From NCBI GenBank assembly GCA_050613775.1, contig JBODTK010000010.1, positions 620,001-684,000 of the forward strand: a DNA stretch of 64,000 nucleotides. The letters run 5' to 3'. A program made the position numbers and the translations under genes. Positions 41,152 through 54,200 of this stretch are shown piece after piece. The stretch comes from Neocallimastix sp. 'constans'. Its lineage: Eukaryota. Numbering within the stretch: position 1 is the stretch's first letter; each line of letters starts with the position of its first letter. The notes beneath the pieces are model-generated. The model searched no databases. It was not told where the DNA came from and saw nothing but the letters and a program-made list of their open reading frames with translations.

Positions 41152-41457
41152 TAAATAATAATATATAATAATAAATAATAATATATAATAATATATAATA
41201 ATATATAATGATATATAATAATATATAATAATATATAATAATATATAATGATATATAATAATATATAATAAATAATAATAACAGGACAATTAAAAATATA
41301 ATATCATATTAAAGATTCTTTTTTTTTTTTTTTTTAAAAAAAAAAAAATAATAAAATGATAACATAAAAGATTAAATTAAAACACATATATATTTAAATG
41401 GATAATCAATACATACACAAATGGATGATACATTAAATATTATAAAACTTAAGAATT

Positions 41458-41841
41458 AAATAAATAATAAATAATAAATAATAAATAATAAATAATAAAT
41501 AATAAATAATAAATAATAAATAATAAATAATAAATAATAAATAATAAATAATAAATAATAAATAATAAATAATAAATAATAAATAATAAATAATAAATAA
41601 TAAATAATAAATAATAAATAATAAATAATAAATAATAAATAATAAATAATAAATAATAAATAATAAATAATAAATAATAAATAATAAATAATAAATAATA
41701 AATAATAAATAATAAATAATAAATAATAAATAATAAATAATAAATAATAAATAATAAATAATAAATAATAAATAATAAATAATAAATAATAAATAATAAA
41801 TAATAAATAATAAATAATAAATAATAAATAATAAATAATAA
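41458..41841. repeat. (AATAAAT)n heptamer microsatellite
   Basis: Near-perfect run of about 55 units. Confidence 0.95.
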
Positions 41842-42446
41842 GGTGTATTTTTTGAATTTAACTTGATTTTTCTTAATATTATAAACCTAATTACAAAAGA
41901 ATTTTTCTTTTAATTAAAATATAATAATAATATAATAATAATATATATAATTAATAATAGTAAGAAGAAAATTCAATTATTCTATTAATTAAAATTGTAA
42001 ATAAAATGTATTACAGAGTAATACTACTACATTTGGCAAAATTTTAAATTATATTTTTTTGTAATATATAATTTTGAGGTAAATGGAAAATATAATCAAG
42101 AATTTTTGTATCTATGATTTTTACTCATTTAATTACTGTTCTTTAATAATTTAATATATATGTTTTATTTTATTCTACTACATTACATAGATTTTTACAT
42201 TTCATGCATCTTTCATTTATTATATATATATAATAATCAATTAAGAGAAAAAATTAAAATAAACATATATTTTTACATTCAATTATTATAAAATTTATAT
42301 AGAATACATTCACTTTATTAATTGCTTGATTTTTTTTTTTTTTTTTTTTTTAATTTTAATGAAATAAAAAAAAATAATAAATACACAAAAAAAAAGATAA
42401 ATTATCTAAAATATATATATATTTATTTTTTTTTTATTTTTTTTTC

Positions 42447-42460
42447 TAATAATAATAATA

Positions 42461-42501
<41 letters not shown>

Positions 42502-42569
42502 TAATAATAATAATATAATAATAATAATAATAATAATATAATAATAATAATAATATAATAATAATAATA

Positions 42570-42610
<41 letters not shown>
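42447..42610. repeat. (AAT)n microsatellite
   Basis: Imperfect trinucleotide run. Confidence 0.95.
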
Positions 42611-44039
42611 TTTTTTTAGAAGAATAATAATTAAAAAAAAATTCATAAAATTATCTAGTTGTTTCTAATATAATTTTATTTTATAGTTTTATATTTGTTT
42701 AATGTAGTATATATATAAATTATAATTTAAACATAAAATGATATAAATTTTTATTATCATATATAATAAAATATTAAAATAAAATATATGATAAAGTACG
42801 AAGTTTAGGTTCGGTTCTGTTAAGGTTTATTCTTTATTTGGGGGATATAATTTATATGTTTTTTAAAATTATTTTATTTAAATTTGATTTATTTAGAAGA
42901 ATTACATTTACTTATCATTATTAAAAATGTAAACTAACATTTATTCCTAAAATTAATATTTATTTTCATATTTTGATCTCAAGAATTACTATATTCTACT
43001 ATTTCTTATTCTTGGACAAAGAAATAAAACTATTTCTAAGTATTTTTTTAGAAATATTCTTATTAGAACTGAGATTTTAATCTACTTTTATAATATATTT
43101 TATTAATTAAGATTGTTATTTTTTTTTTTTTTGATTAATTGTATAACTTGTAAGTATACGTACATCATACATGCGCCATAATACATTTACATAACAATAC
43201 ATATTTAATTATTTAATACATTAATAATATTATATTCTAAGTTATAACTAACTATAATATAGTATCACAATATTAAACTTTATTTCTAACATATTTTTCT
43301 CTTTAAAATTATTTACTATAATAAAGTTTTCCTTTATTAAAGTATAAATATTAATTTACTTTCATTAATGCTTAAATTAAATAATAAAAATATATAAATT
43401 AATTTCTAATATAAATACAATAAAAACTAGATTAATACATAAATTTATGCTTTCACTACATTTCTTAATTAACATAAATTTATTATTAATTAGAGTTTTT
43501 ATTTCTATTTCATATCATATATTAATTATAAAATTCACATCATTATGTACAATAAAATAGTTTTGGAAGTGTATTCTCTTCCCTGTCTAAAAAAAAAAAA
43601 AAAAATGTACAATAAAATATAGCCATAATATTAATTTAAAATTTATTTTAAACTTTAATTTATAAAATATTTTTTTTTATATAAATATCTGAGTATAAAT
43701 AAAATATTTTTTTATAAATGAAAGTGTATTGGACTTTATGCGGCTTATATAATAATATATGTTTCAAAATGTTTTATTTGTATAAAGTTCTCTATGATAT
43801 AAAATGAAAATAAAAACTTTAATTATTAATAAATTATTTTATTAATAATTACATAAAAATGAATGTGGTTCATTTCGCCAATTTTTAAAATACAAATTTT
43901 CAATACGCCATTTATTTTAATAGCTTGTAAAATTTTTTGTTAACGCCATAAAAAATTATAATACAATTAATTTTAAAATAAATAAATGTATAAATTAATA
44001 AATAAATAGATAAATAAATAAAGAATATAATAATAAAAA

Positions 44040-45210
44040 TATATAAATAGTAGAATATGAATATAAAGTACAGATTGAATAAAATAAAATAATATAAAAT
44101 AAAATAAAATAAATAGTAGAATATGAATATAAAATACATATTTAATAAAATAAAATAAAATAAATAGTAGAATATGAATATAAAGTACATATTTAATAAA
44201 ATAAAATAAAATAAATAGTAGAATATGAATATAAAGTACATATTTAATAAAATAAAATAAAATAAATAGTAGAATATGAATATAAAGTACATATTTAATA
44301 AAATAAAATAAAATAAATAGTAGAATATGAATATAAAGTACATATTTAATAAAATAAAATAAAATAAATAGTAGAATATGAATATAAAGTACATATTTAA
44401 TAAAATAAAATAAAATAAATAGTAGAATATGAATATAAAGTACATATTTAATAAAATAAAATAAAATAAATAGTAGAATATGAATATAAAGTACATATTT
44501 AATAAAATAAAATAAAATAAATAGTAGAATATGAATATAAAGTACATATTTAATAAAATAAAATAAAATAAATAGAAGAATATGAATATAAAGTACATAT
44601 TTAATAAAATAAAATAAAATAAAATAAATAGTAGAATATGAATATAAAGTACATATTTAATAAAATAAAATAAAATAAAATAAATAGTAGAATATGAATA
44701 TAAAGTACATATTTAATAAAATAAAATAAAATAAAATAAATAGTAGAATGTGAATATAAATTACAGATTGAATAAAATAAAATAAAATAAAATAAAATAA
44801 AATAAAATAAAATAAAATAAAATAAAATAAAATAAAATAAAATAAAATAAAATAAAATAAAATAAAATAAAATAAAATAAAATAAAATAAAATAAAATAA
44901 AATAAAATAAAATAAAATAAAATAAAATAAATAGTAGAATATAAGTATAAAGTACAGATTGAATAAAATAAAATAAAATAAATAGTAGAATATGAATATA
45001 AAGTACATATTTAATAAAATAAAATAAAATAAAATAAATAGTAGAATGTGAATATAAATTACAGATTGAATAAAATAAAATAAAATAAAATAAAATAAAA
45101 TAAAATAAAATAAAATAAAATAAAATAAAATAAAATAAAATAAAATAAATAGTAGAATATTAAAAGTAGAATATTAAAAATAAAGTACAGATTGAATAAA
45201 ATAAAATAAG
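44040..45210. repeat. 51-bp minisatellite plus (TAAAA)n inside MULE C
   Basis: Unit AAATAGTAGAATATGAATATAAAGTACATATTTAATAAAATAAAATAAAAT. Confidence 0.93.
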
Positions 45211-46434
45211 TATCTAATATAAAATAAAATAAAATAAAATAAATATCTATTATTAATTTTTATTAAAGAATATTAAAGATCAATGTTTTTGAAATGAAAA
45301 TTTTTTACATTTTTATTATATTCAATTAATGATGTAGTTTAATATTATTGGTAGTTAATAATCTCATTAAATATAAATGATTTTTTGCTTTCTAACATAT
45401 ATAATTAATTAAAACATTTTATTTTTAAAAATAAATTGTCTTTAATATTCTTTAATAAAAAAAAATAATAAATATTTATTTTATTATATATACTTGTACT
45501 TTTATAATATTACATTTAATATTCATTTTATTTTATATACTTGTACTTATATTATTACATTCATTATTTATTTATTTATTTATTTATTTTACAAATAATT
45601 GAAAAACTAATTTTTCAAAATTAATATTAAGAATAATATTGGATAATTAATATAATAATTATAATTATATAATTAAAAAATATTTATAAAAATATAGAAA
45701 TGGAAGAAAATTTAATTATTGATATAAGTGAATCCAACAAAGGAAAAGAACAAATTATTATTAATAAAAAATATAAATTTAATTTTTCATATAAAAGAAA
45801 AGATAATTCCAAAGTGTATAAATGTACAGAATATAAAAAAATAAATAAACGTAAATCTTTTATTATTTTAAATGATAAGAAAGAAATATTAAATTATGAT
45901 AGTTCACATAATCATCCTGAAAATGAATACGATGTATCCCTATCTATAATGAAACATAAAATTAAAGATGGAATTGAAAAAAGTTCAATTCCTTTTGGTA
46001 TAAAAATAAAACCCCTATATAATAAAATTTCTAAAGAAATGGGACTTATATGTCCAGAATATAATTCAATTAAATCCCAAATATCAAGAAATTTAAATAA
46101 AAAACTACCATCCAATGTAACAACATTTGCTGAAATTCCAAGTGAATATGAATATTATAAAACAAAGCGAGGTGAAAATTTTATGATATTCAAAAATTCT
46201 AATTTAATAATTTTTCAATCCTCTTTTCAAGCAAAATTATTTAGGGAATATAATGATGATATATTTGTTGATGGTACATTTTTTATTGTCCCTAAATTTA
46301 GTTATCAAGTATTTATTACAAGAACTTATGCTAAAGAATTAGATAGTTTTTACACTACTTCTTTTGCAATATTAAAAAATAAAGAACAAGAAACATATAA
46401 AATGTTATTTGAAAAATTGAAAAAAAATGCTAAT

Positions 46435-46953
46435 TGTAACGAATTATAGAGTTAGTAAAATTGTTGTTGTAGTCTGGTGGTAATACACCATGACAATGAA
46501 GCCGAACTTCTTAGGTTCGACTCACACCCTTTCCCAATCTAAATTATTTTTAGTTAATTAATTAAATTATTGTAGAAAGTTCTAGAGTTTCTTTGGTTAA
46601 TATTATATAACTAAGTGAAACTAGAAAGTTCTATTTTAATAATTATTTTATCATTTTTCTATAAGATTCATTTTCTAGAAAGAAAACTTAATTTTTCGAA
46701 CTTTCGTTAATCTTAACTTTTTCCGAAACTGTTTTTCCGAAAAAGTATAAATAAGCGTGAATTTCTCAATAAAAAATAATTTTTCTTTGTGCTTTTATTA
46801 ACTAGTTAAAAGTAATTCGAAATATTACAATAATTAATTAATAATAAAAAATAATAATAAATTTTTATATTTTAATAAAAATATTAATAAAACAAATTTT
46901 TTAAGAAAACGAATTACTTATTAGTGTAGACCTATTGGGTGTAAACCGTTACA
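46435..46953 (+). mobile_element. Solo LTR, family L1 (519 bp), TSD CTAAT
   Basis: TGTAACG...CGTTACA termini. CTAAT at 46430-46434 and 46954-46958. TATAAATA at ~46746 and AATAAA at ~46768 suggest + is the sense strand. Confidence 0.92.
46463..46551 (+). promoter_or_regulatory. tRNA-like type-2 Pol III promoter in LTR L1: A box 46470-46480, B box 46514-46523, T5 at 46547-46551
   Basis: TAGTCTGGTGG and GGTTCGACTC are 44 nt apart, as T8 to G53 in an intronless tRNA. The T and acceptor stems do not pair, so this is not a tRNA gene. Confidence 0.75.
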
Positions 46954-47379
46954 CTAATACATGTAACAATAATATTAGAATTGAACCAAAAAATTTGCAT
47001 TGTGATTTTGAAAGGGCCATATCTAAAGCAGCAAAAACAATATTTCCTAATACAAATATTAAATATTGCATTTGGCATTATAAAAAATCACTAGAAATTA
47101 AAAAAAATAAATTATGCTATAATGAAGTAAAAAATAATAATAATATATTTATTTATTATAAAGCTATTTCAAATTTACCATTTATAAATCCTGAATACAT
47201 ATTTGATATTTACGTTATAATTAAAATTAAATCCATTAAAAATAATTATTGTCAATTTTTAAAATTTTTAGAATATTTTTATAAAACATATTTAATTGAT
47301 TATGATATGAAAATTTGGAATTATTATAATAATATGGAACATATAACAAACAATGCCTCAGAATCACTCAATAATTATT

Positions 47380-47885
47380 TGTAACGGTTTACACCCAATA
47401 GGTCTACACTAATAAGTAATTCGTTTTCTTAAAAAATTTGTTTTATTAATATTTTTTATTAAAATATAAAATTTATTATTATTTTTTATTATTAATTAGT
47501 TATTGTAATATTTCGAATTACTTTTAACTAGTTAATAAAAGCACCAAGAAAAAATATTTTTTTGTTGAGAAATTCACGCTTATTTATACTTTTTCGGAAA
47601 AACAGTTTCGGAAAAAGTTAAGATTAACGAAAGTTCGAAAAATTAAGTTTTCTTTCTAGAAAATGAATCTTATAGAAAAATGATAAAATAATTATTAAAA
47701 TAGAACTTTCTAGTTTCACTTAGTTATATAATATTAACCAAAGAAACTCTAGAACTTTCTACAATAATTTAATTAATTAACTAAAAATAATTTAGATTGG
47801 GAAAGGGTGTGAGTCGAACCTAAGAAGTTCGGCTTCATTGTCATGGCGTATTACCACCAGACTACAACAACAATTTTACTAACTC
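47380..47885 (-). mobile_element. Second L1 LTR, inverted, interrupted 14 nt from its far end by the stacked insertions
   Basis: Reverse complement of 46449-46953 with few differences. The terminal TATAATTCGTTACA is missing. Left flank TTATT. Confidence 0.93.
47811..47864 (-). promoter_or_regulatory. Pol III A box (47864-47854) and B box (47820-47811) in the inverted L1 copy
   Basis: CCACCAGACTA and GAGTCGAACC on +; the same motifs as 46470-46523. Confidence 0.75.
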
Positions 47886-48381
47886 TGATAAGAATGTACT
47901 AAATAATGCATTCTTAATTAAATCTACGATTTATTTCTAATACATTATGTGTACATTATTATTTTTGTACTTTAATAAATTTTTAAATCCAAAGATCAAA
48001 AATTAAATCAAAAATTATATTAAACTTTATATTTTTATATTAAATCTTATATTAATAGTAATATTTTTATATATTTAAAACTTATATTAGCAATATTAAT
48101 AATAAATCTTATTTTTTTTATATTAATAATGAAAATTTATATTAATAATATTTTTATATATTGATAATTAAAAATTTATATATTATATTTTAACTTTTTA
48201 TTATAAAATTTTATATCGAAATGTTTTATTTTATATTGAAAAATATTTTATTTTATTAAAAACCTTTATATTAGAATAGTATTTTTATTTTTATTTGAAT
48301 ATTTTAACAGATTGTAATAAAAATTATAGCCAATTAAATAAATTCTTATTAGTAATATTTTAGATATTTTTAAATAAATAA

Positions 48382-48433
<52 letters not shown>

Positions 48434-48737
48434 TTTTATTAATATTATAAATGTATTTTATTTATATTGTTATAATTAAATTTTATATAATTAATTATAA
48501 AAATCAATTTAAATTTAATAGTTTTTTAAAAAAAAAATAAATAAAATGTAATTTAGTGGCAAGAACAACTTTTATGCCTTGAAAAAAAGTATAAATAGTT
48601 GTAAATTTTGCTACTAATTTTTAAATATCATCAAATAAAATCAAATAAATTTATAAATAAAAATAATAAATAAATAAATAAAATTTGTGTTTCCTTACTT
48701 TATTTTTATTTAATTCTCTAAAACCTTAACATTTATA

Positions 48738-48755
48738 TGGTGGAGATATCGGGGA
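48738..48755 (+). promoter_or_regulatory. G1 primer-binding site, tRNA-Ala 3' end type
   Basis: TGGTGGAGATATCGGGGA, compared with the recalled complement of the tRNA-Ala 3' end TGGTGGAGATGCCGGGGA; 6 nt after the LTR. Confidence 0.8.
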
Positions 48756-49755
48756 ATTAAATAGAAATAATAGTAAATAACATAGATTTTTTTTTAATTT
48801 TTTTTTTATTTTATATTGATAAACAAGTAAGTCGTTAATCCTTTGATTAACCCATGGCGCTTGTTTGATATATATATATAAAAAAAATTTTTTTTAAATA
48901 AGTAAAATTAAGATTCTAAAAAAACAAATTTTGTAAAATTATAACAAGGAGCGGATAGAGCTCATACACAGTGTATTCTCAGATAGCAACAAATTAACTC
49001 TATTCATAGTAGGTTATTGAATAGTAGTTAATTTGGAGATTAATTGGAAAGTAGACGAAGGTATTTGGTTACCGACCCGGTAATAATAGTTCAACCTTCA
49101 ACGTTTCAACACACGAAGGTGCGGGTACTTTCCAAGCACTGGCGAATAAGGAGCTTACGTCACCGAAGGCGTAAGATTGTTTTTTTTATATAATTTTTTT
49201 TACTTTTCTTTGTGCTAGTTATAAGGCACTTTATTATATAAAGTATCAGACTTTGGCTAACTTCGCCATTTAAATTTTTTTTATTTTTTTTTATTACTGG
49301 TACTTTATTTGTTATATAATTCCTGTAATAGAATCTTAATTTACTTTGAAAATATTGTGTTTTTAGTTAATTTTTATTAGTTAATAAAAATATTATTGAA
49401 TACTTTTAAAATTTTTTTATTCCGTACATAGATTATCGGATTAAGTTTATCCTACATAGTAATTGGGCTAGTGGGCTCTGAACTGCTATATTTTATATTG
49501 AATATAGTAATCGTGGCACACGCGTGGCATGACACCATTAGGTAAGCTGCACGTCAGACAGTGTGTACTATCAGATTGTACGACAATAAAGATTATTTTT
49601 TTTTGTATTTAATAATTATAATTAATTAATAATTTTATTAGCTATAACAATACAATATTTATCGTTTAAAAAGAAAAATTTTTGAAAGGTGAAAATAACA
49701 AATAAAACTTTGCTTCTAAATTTATTACTACAAATATACTAAATTACAAAATTCA

Positions 49756-50110
49756 AGTGGTCGATAAAGATTTCGAACTTAAAATTATTCCATTAAGTTG
49801 TCGATAAAGATTTCGAACTTAAAATTATTCCATTAAGTTGTCGATAAAGATTTCGAACTTAAAATTATTCTATTAAGTTGTCGATAAAGATTTCGAACTT
49901 AAAATTATTCTATTAAGTTGTCGATAAAGATTTCGAACTTAAAATTATTCTATTAAGTTGTCGATAAAGACTTCGAACTTAAAATTATTCTATTAAGTTG
50001 TCGATAAAGATTTCGAACTTAAAATTATTCTTAATAAAGTAGTCGAAAAGAACCTCGTGCTTTATAATTTCTACTAAGTTGTCGATAAGGATTTCGAGCT
50101 TATATCTACT
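49756..50110 (+). repeat. 40-bp tandem repeat (7 copies plus 2 degenerate) in the G1 leader
   Basis: AAGTTGTCGATAAAGATTTCGAACTTAAAATTATTC(C/T)ATT. TCGATAAAGA recurs at 49761, 49801 ... 50001. Confidence 0.95.
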
Positions 50111-50259
50111 AAAGAAAGCAAATAAAATTATTATTTTCAAAAGTTACTAAAATATATTGTTTTAAAAATTGATTCGATATTAAATTACCTATTAAATTAC
50201 ATTTTGAAAGTTGGATTTCCCAAATTTATTTGTATTTAATCACCTCATATTTAGACAAA

Positions 50260-51171
50260 ATGTCCAAAGAAATAACTTTGAGCTTTAAAGAATTGAAAAA
50301 AGAATTGAGAGATATTGTGAAACTTAGCAAGGACAATTTAGATATTAAGTCCTGGGCTACTGAATTGAAACTTTGGATCAAGATACAAGGTATCACAGAT
50401 CCAGAAACAATATTTAATGCTTGTTTACTTACCAGCTCTGGTGAAGTACAACGCGTTATTGAAGATTTGGGAGAAGATAGTGATGATGAAAGTGATGATT
50501 CATCAGATGAAGAAGAAGAACATGATGAAGAAGAAAATGTTGATGATGATATTAAATTTCCTTCTCTTGGAAAAATTATTTCAAGTCTTGAAAATTTTTA
50601 CGGTATTAAAGAAGACCAAAATTTACTTCTTAAAGAACTTCGTGCAATGCGAATTAAAAGAAACGAAAAGATTAAAGACTTTAATGTAAGATATAGAACT
50701 TTGTACACTAAACTTGATAAAAAGAGAAGAAAGCGCATTGGTGTACTAGATTATATTGACTCTATTCAAAATAATTATGAAGCCTGGAAGAAATTATCCC
50801 TTAAAGATGATATAAGTATGGAGAAAGCTTTCAAAATTGCCGAGAAAGTAGATAGACTTTCTGTAAGGAACAATAATATTAATACCTATAATGTTAATAA
50901 TTCCCAGCATAATCAAAATAATCAAAACAGTACTACTTCAAGACTTTATCCTAAAAGAAGAAACGAAACTTTCCAAACAAGTCAAACAAATAATAAACTG
51001 AAACCTCAAGATATTATAGAAGAATCAACCCAGAAAATGAGAAATTTATCTGTTAAAACTTGCTTCTTCTGTAAGGAAGAAGGTCATTACTCATACTATT
51101 GCCCTCAATTAAATAAGATTATGGAAAAAAATAAAAAAGAAATATATTCCAAAAAGTCTTTAAACTTCTAA
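50260..51171 (+). CDS. Gypsy G1 Gag
   Basis: First ATG at 50260; capsid-like RNEKIKDFNVRY; CCHC CFFCKEEGHYSYYC. Confidence 0.92.
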   Translation: MSKEITLSFKELKKELRDIVKLSKDNLDIKSWATELKLWIKIQGITDPETIFNACLLTSSGEVQRVIEDLGEDSDDESDDSSDEEEEHDEEENVDDDIKFPSLGKIISSLENFYGIKEDQNLLLKELRAMRIKRNEKIKDFNVRYRTLYTKLDKKRRKRIGVLDYIDSIQNNYEAWKKLSLKDDISMEKAFKIAEKVDRLSVRNNNINTYNVNNSQHNQNNQNSTTSRLYPKRRNETFQTSQTNNKLKPQDIIEESTQKMRNLSVKTCFFCKEEGHYSYYCPQLNKIMEKNKKEIYSKKSLNF

Positions 51172-51211
51172 ATGGGAGCAGAAGCACTCCCAATGACAAA
51201 ACAATAGCTTC
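51159..51211 (+). promoter_or_regulatory. -1 programmed ribosomal frameshift signal (T TTA AAC plus H-type pseudoknot)
   Basis: The heptamer is in gag phase and the -1 frame is open into pol. Stems TGGGAG/CTCCCA and GAAGC/GCTTC. Confidence 0.85.
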
Positions 51212-54200
51212 ATTAAATAATTTACAAAATAATACTTTTACCAAGAATACCCCAATTGATAATAATTCCTTTAATAAAGAATCTGAAGAATCTGATTTTA
51301 GTGACACAACTGAAAGTGAGGATAATATCATTATAAATGCTATAAAAAGAAAAATGAATGATAATAACAGCGAAAAGGAAGAAAATAATTCCAAGAAAGT
51401 ACATAAAAGTTTAAAAGATAATCCACGTCCTTTCGCAACTCCTGCTTTAAGAAAGAAGAAAGAAAATGAGCTACATAATAAACCAAATAAAGTTTATAAA
51501 AATCAAATACTTCCTTCAATTTTAACTCAACCAAATATTAACAAAGAAAAACAAAAAGAAAAGGAATTAAGAAAAATAACAAGAGTAAGAGAAAGTAAAG
51601 AAGAAAACAACAATTATTCATCAAAAGGAAAGGAAAAAGTTGAATCTGAAGATATACTCGTAATCGATAATGAAATAGAAGATCTAGAAATGAATAAAGA
51701 TAATCAACAAAATAAAACTAATACTTTGGAAAAATTAATTTCAACAAAAACTAAAGAAACTAATAATGGAAATACTCAGTTAGTAAAAAGGAATATTAAA
51801 ATGATGAATAATAAAGAACCTTACAATATTATGGATGATTTAAATAATCTTAAATCCAGTATTACGATAGGTCAACTCTTGAATGCATGTCCGAAAATTC
51901 GTTCACAACTAACTCAAGGTTTAAAGTTAGAAAAATCTAAAATAATTGGAACTGTAGACAATGTAATAGCACGAACTTTATTAGTAAATAACTATGATCA
52001 TAGCTACATAAGTAAAAGTAATGAAGTAGCCGAAGAAGACTTAGCAATGGTTGATGCAAGTGTTGACGGAGTACTAGGAAAACTTTTAATTGATTCTTGT
52101 AGTAACCTAAGCATCGTTACTAAGCAGTATTTTGATAAATTACCTGGTGAATATGAAACAGTTGGAAAAAGTCGTGGAAGAATCCAACTAGCAACACAAG
52201 ATGAAGAATACTCGGAAGGAATTATTGTTCGATTACCAGTAAAAATTAATAATTATGAATTTAATGCGGACTTTAGAATTATTGAGAAAGAAGACTCTTT
52301 TTATGATATGTTAATAAACTTTAAAACTCAAATTGATCATTGTTTATTTATTCATCCGACCTTAAACAGTTTATGTAAACTTTTGTCAGAAAGTGAATAC
52401 GAAGAAATAGCTAAAATAAATAATCAATATTATGATGAAGAAAGTATAATTTGCACTATTAGAAAAGTTAAAGAAACGAATAATGAAAAGGAAATTATAA
52501 AGGAATTAACTCCAATGGAATTTATTGAGAGTGATGAATTTTTAAGTACCTTAAATAAAGATTATAAAGAACAAATTATTAAAATTCTCAAAGAAATGAT
52601 TGACATAGTTGCCACTTCAACAGAAGAACTAACTCCTTCTAAACTTTCACCACATAAGATCCGTTTAAAAGCAAATTCAAAGCCAGTAAAATTAAGAAGT
52701 TATAGGTTAACTAAATTAAAATCAGATATCTTAAAAGAAGAACTTACAAAACTTATTAAGAAAGGATTGATAGAACCATCCTGTTCAGAATGGTCATCTC
52801 CAGTAGTACTTATTCTAAAACACAATGGAAAGTGGCGCTTGTGCATTGACTACCGAAAAGTCAATGATATGACAGAAAAAGATTCTTATTCAGTTCCATA
52901 TATAGATGAAATTTTTGATAGTCTCGGAGGAGCTAAAATATTTACAACTCTTGATTTATTTTCTGGTTTTCACCAAATCTTAATGGATGAAGAAAGCGTA
53001 GAAGTAACCACTTTCACTACTAAGTTTGGAAATTATCAATTTAAGGTTATGCCTTTTGGACTTACTGGAGCTCCCTCAACCTTCCAAAGAGAAATGAATA
53101 AAATTTTATTCCCTTTTATTGGTGAATTTGTTTACGTATTTATTGATGATGTTTTGATCTATTCAAAAAGTATCGAAGAACATTTAATTCATATTAAACA
53201 AGTATTAGAAGTATTTAAAGAAAACAAGTTAAAAATTAATATTGAAAAGTGCCATTTTCTTCAAACTGAAGTTGATGTATTAGGTCACAAACTTACTACT
53301 AAAGGATTAAGTCCCATGGAAAGTAAAATAACAGCTATTAAGAAGTGGGAAGCCCCTTCATCAATTCATGAATTAAGATCATTTCTAGGAGCAGTAGGAT
53401 ATTATCGTGACTTTATTCCTAAATATGCTCAAATTACCTCACCTTTATGTAAATTATTGAAAAAGAATACTAAATATGAATGGAATAAAGAACAACAAGA
53501 AAGCTTTGAACTCCTAAAAGAAAAATTAATCAATGCACCTATTCTAAAATTTCCGTCATTTGACAAACCTTTTATCATTAGAACTGATGCTTCGTATAAT
53601 GGAATTGGTGGAGTTCTTTTACAAAAAGAAGAAGAAACCGGTAAGGAGCATCCAATACACTTTATAAGTAGAAGTTTAAAGAAAGCTGAAAAGAATTATG
53701 GTATTACCGATTTGGAAGGAACCGCTTTGTTTTACTGTATGACTAAATTTAAATCTTATATTGAAGGAAATCCACTACCTACAACTATTTACACAGATCA
53801 TAAACCATTAGTTGGTTTATTTAAGAATAAAGAACCTTTGAATGCAAGGCAAACAAGATGGTGTCTAACCGCTAGTATGCTTGGAATTAATATAAAATAT
53901 GAATCAGGCAAAAAGAATGTGTTAGCTGATGCTCTTTCAAGAATGAAAAGTAAGGAAGAGAGAAAGATATTATTAACAAAAATTACTGATGGAAATAATG
54001 AAGAATTATTATCTAAAGTTATAAAGGAATTTATTAATGAAAAGTTTACTGTTATTGATGGTGAAGATTACTTTATCGACAATGGAAATTATAGAAAATT
54101 AATAACGGACGAAAATGAAAGGTTTAAATTAATTTTAGAAGCTCATAATATTGGCCACGAAGGATATTACAAAACATATCAAAGACTTAAGAAAAACTTT

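Larger units (their letters stand above)
36050..41450. repeat. Tandem segmental duplication (about 36050-38700 and 38925-41450)
   Basis: Shared collinear anchors TTTAATGGAAAATTCTAAATTT, TTTGATAAAGAAAGAT, the 208-aa CDS, AATCATATATATGATTGGATAAATT and CATACACAAATGGATGATA. Confidence 0.9.
43861..47379 (+). mobile_element. MULE element C, left part; the right part is displaced beyond the window by nested LTR insertions
   Basis: Terminus GAATGTGGTTCATTTCGCCAATTTTT, then a minisatellite, then a transposase broken at 46435 and 47380. Confidence 0.85.
45700..47379 (+). pseudogene. MULE transposase interrupted by LTR insertions (45700-46434 plus 46959-47379; 3' end absent from the window)
   Basis: Removing the solo LTR and one TSD restores ..KKNANTCNNNIRIEPKNLHCDFE..CIWH..TNNASESLNNY. 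The second Zn-finger Cys is Arg. Confidence 0.92.

Noticed and set aside
46463..46535. Functional tRNA gene
   Set aside because: A and B boxes are present but the acceptor, anticodon and T stems do not pair.
49756..50030. Palindromic repeats resembling CRISPR direct repeats
   Set aside because: The 14-nt linkers are near-identical rather than unique spacers, and the array lies inside a retrotransposon leader.
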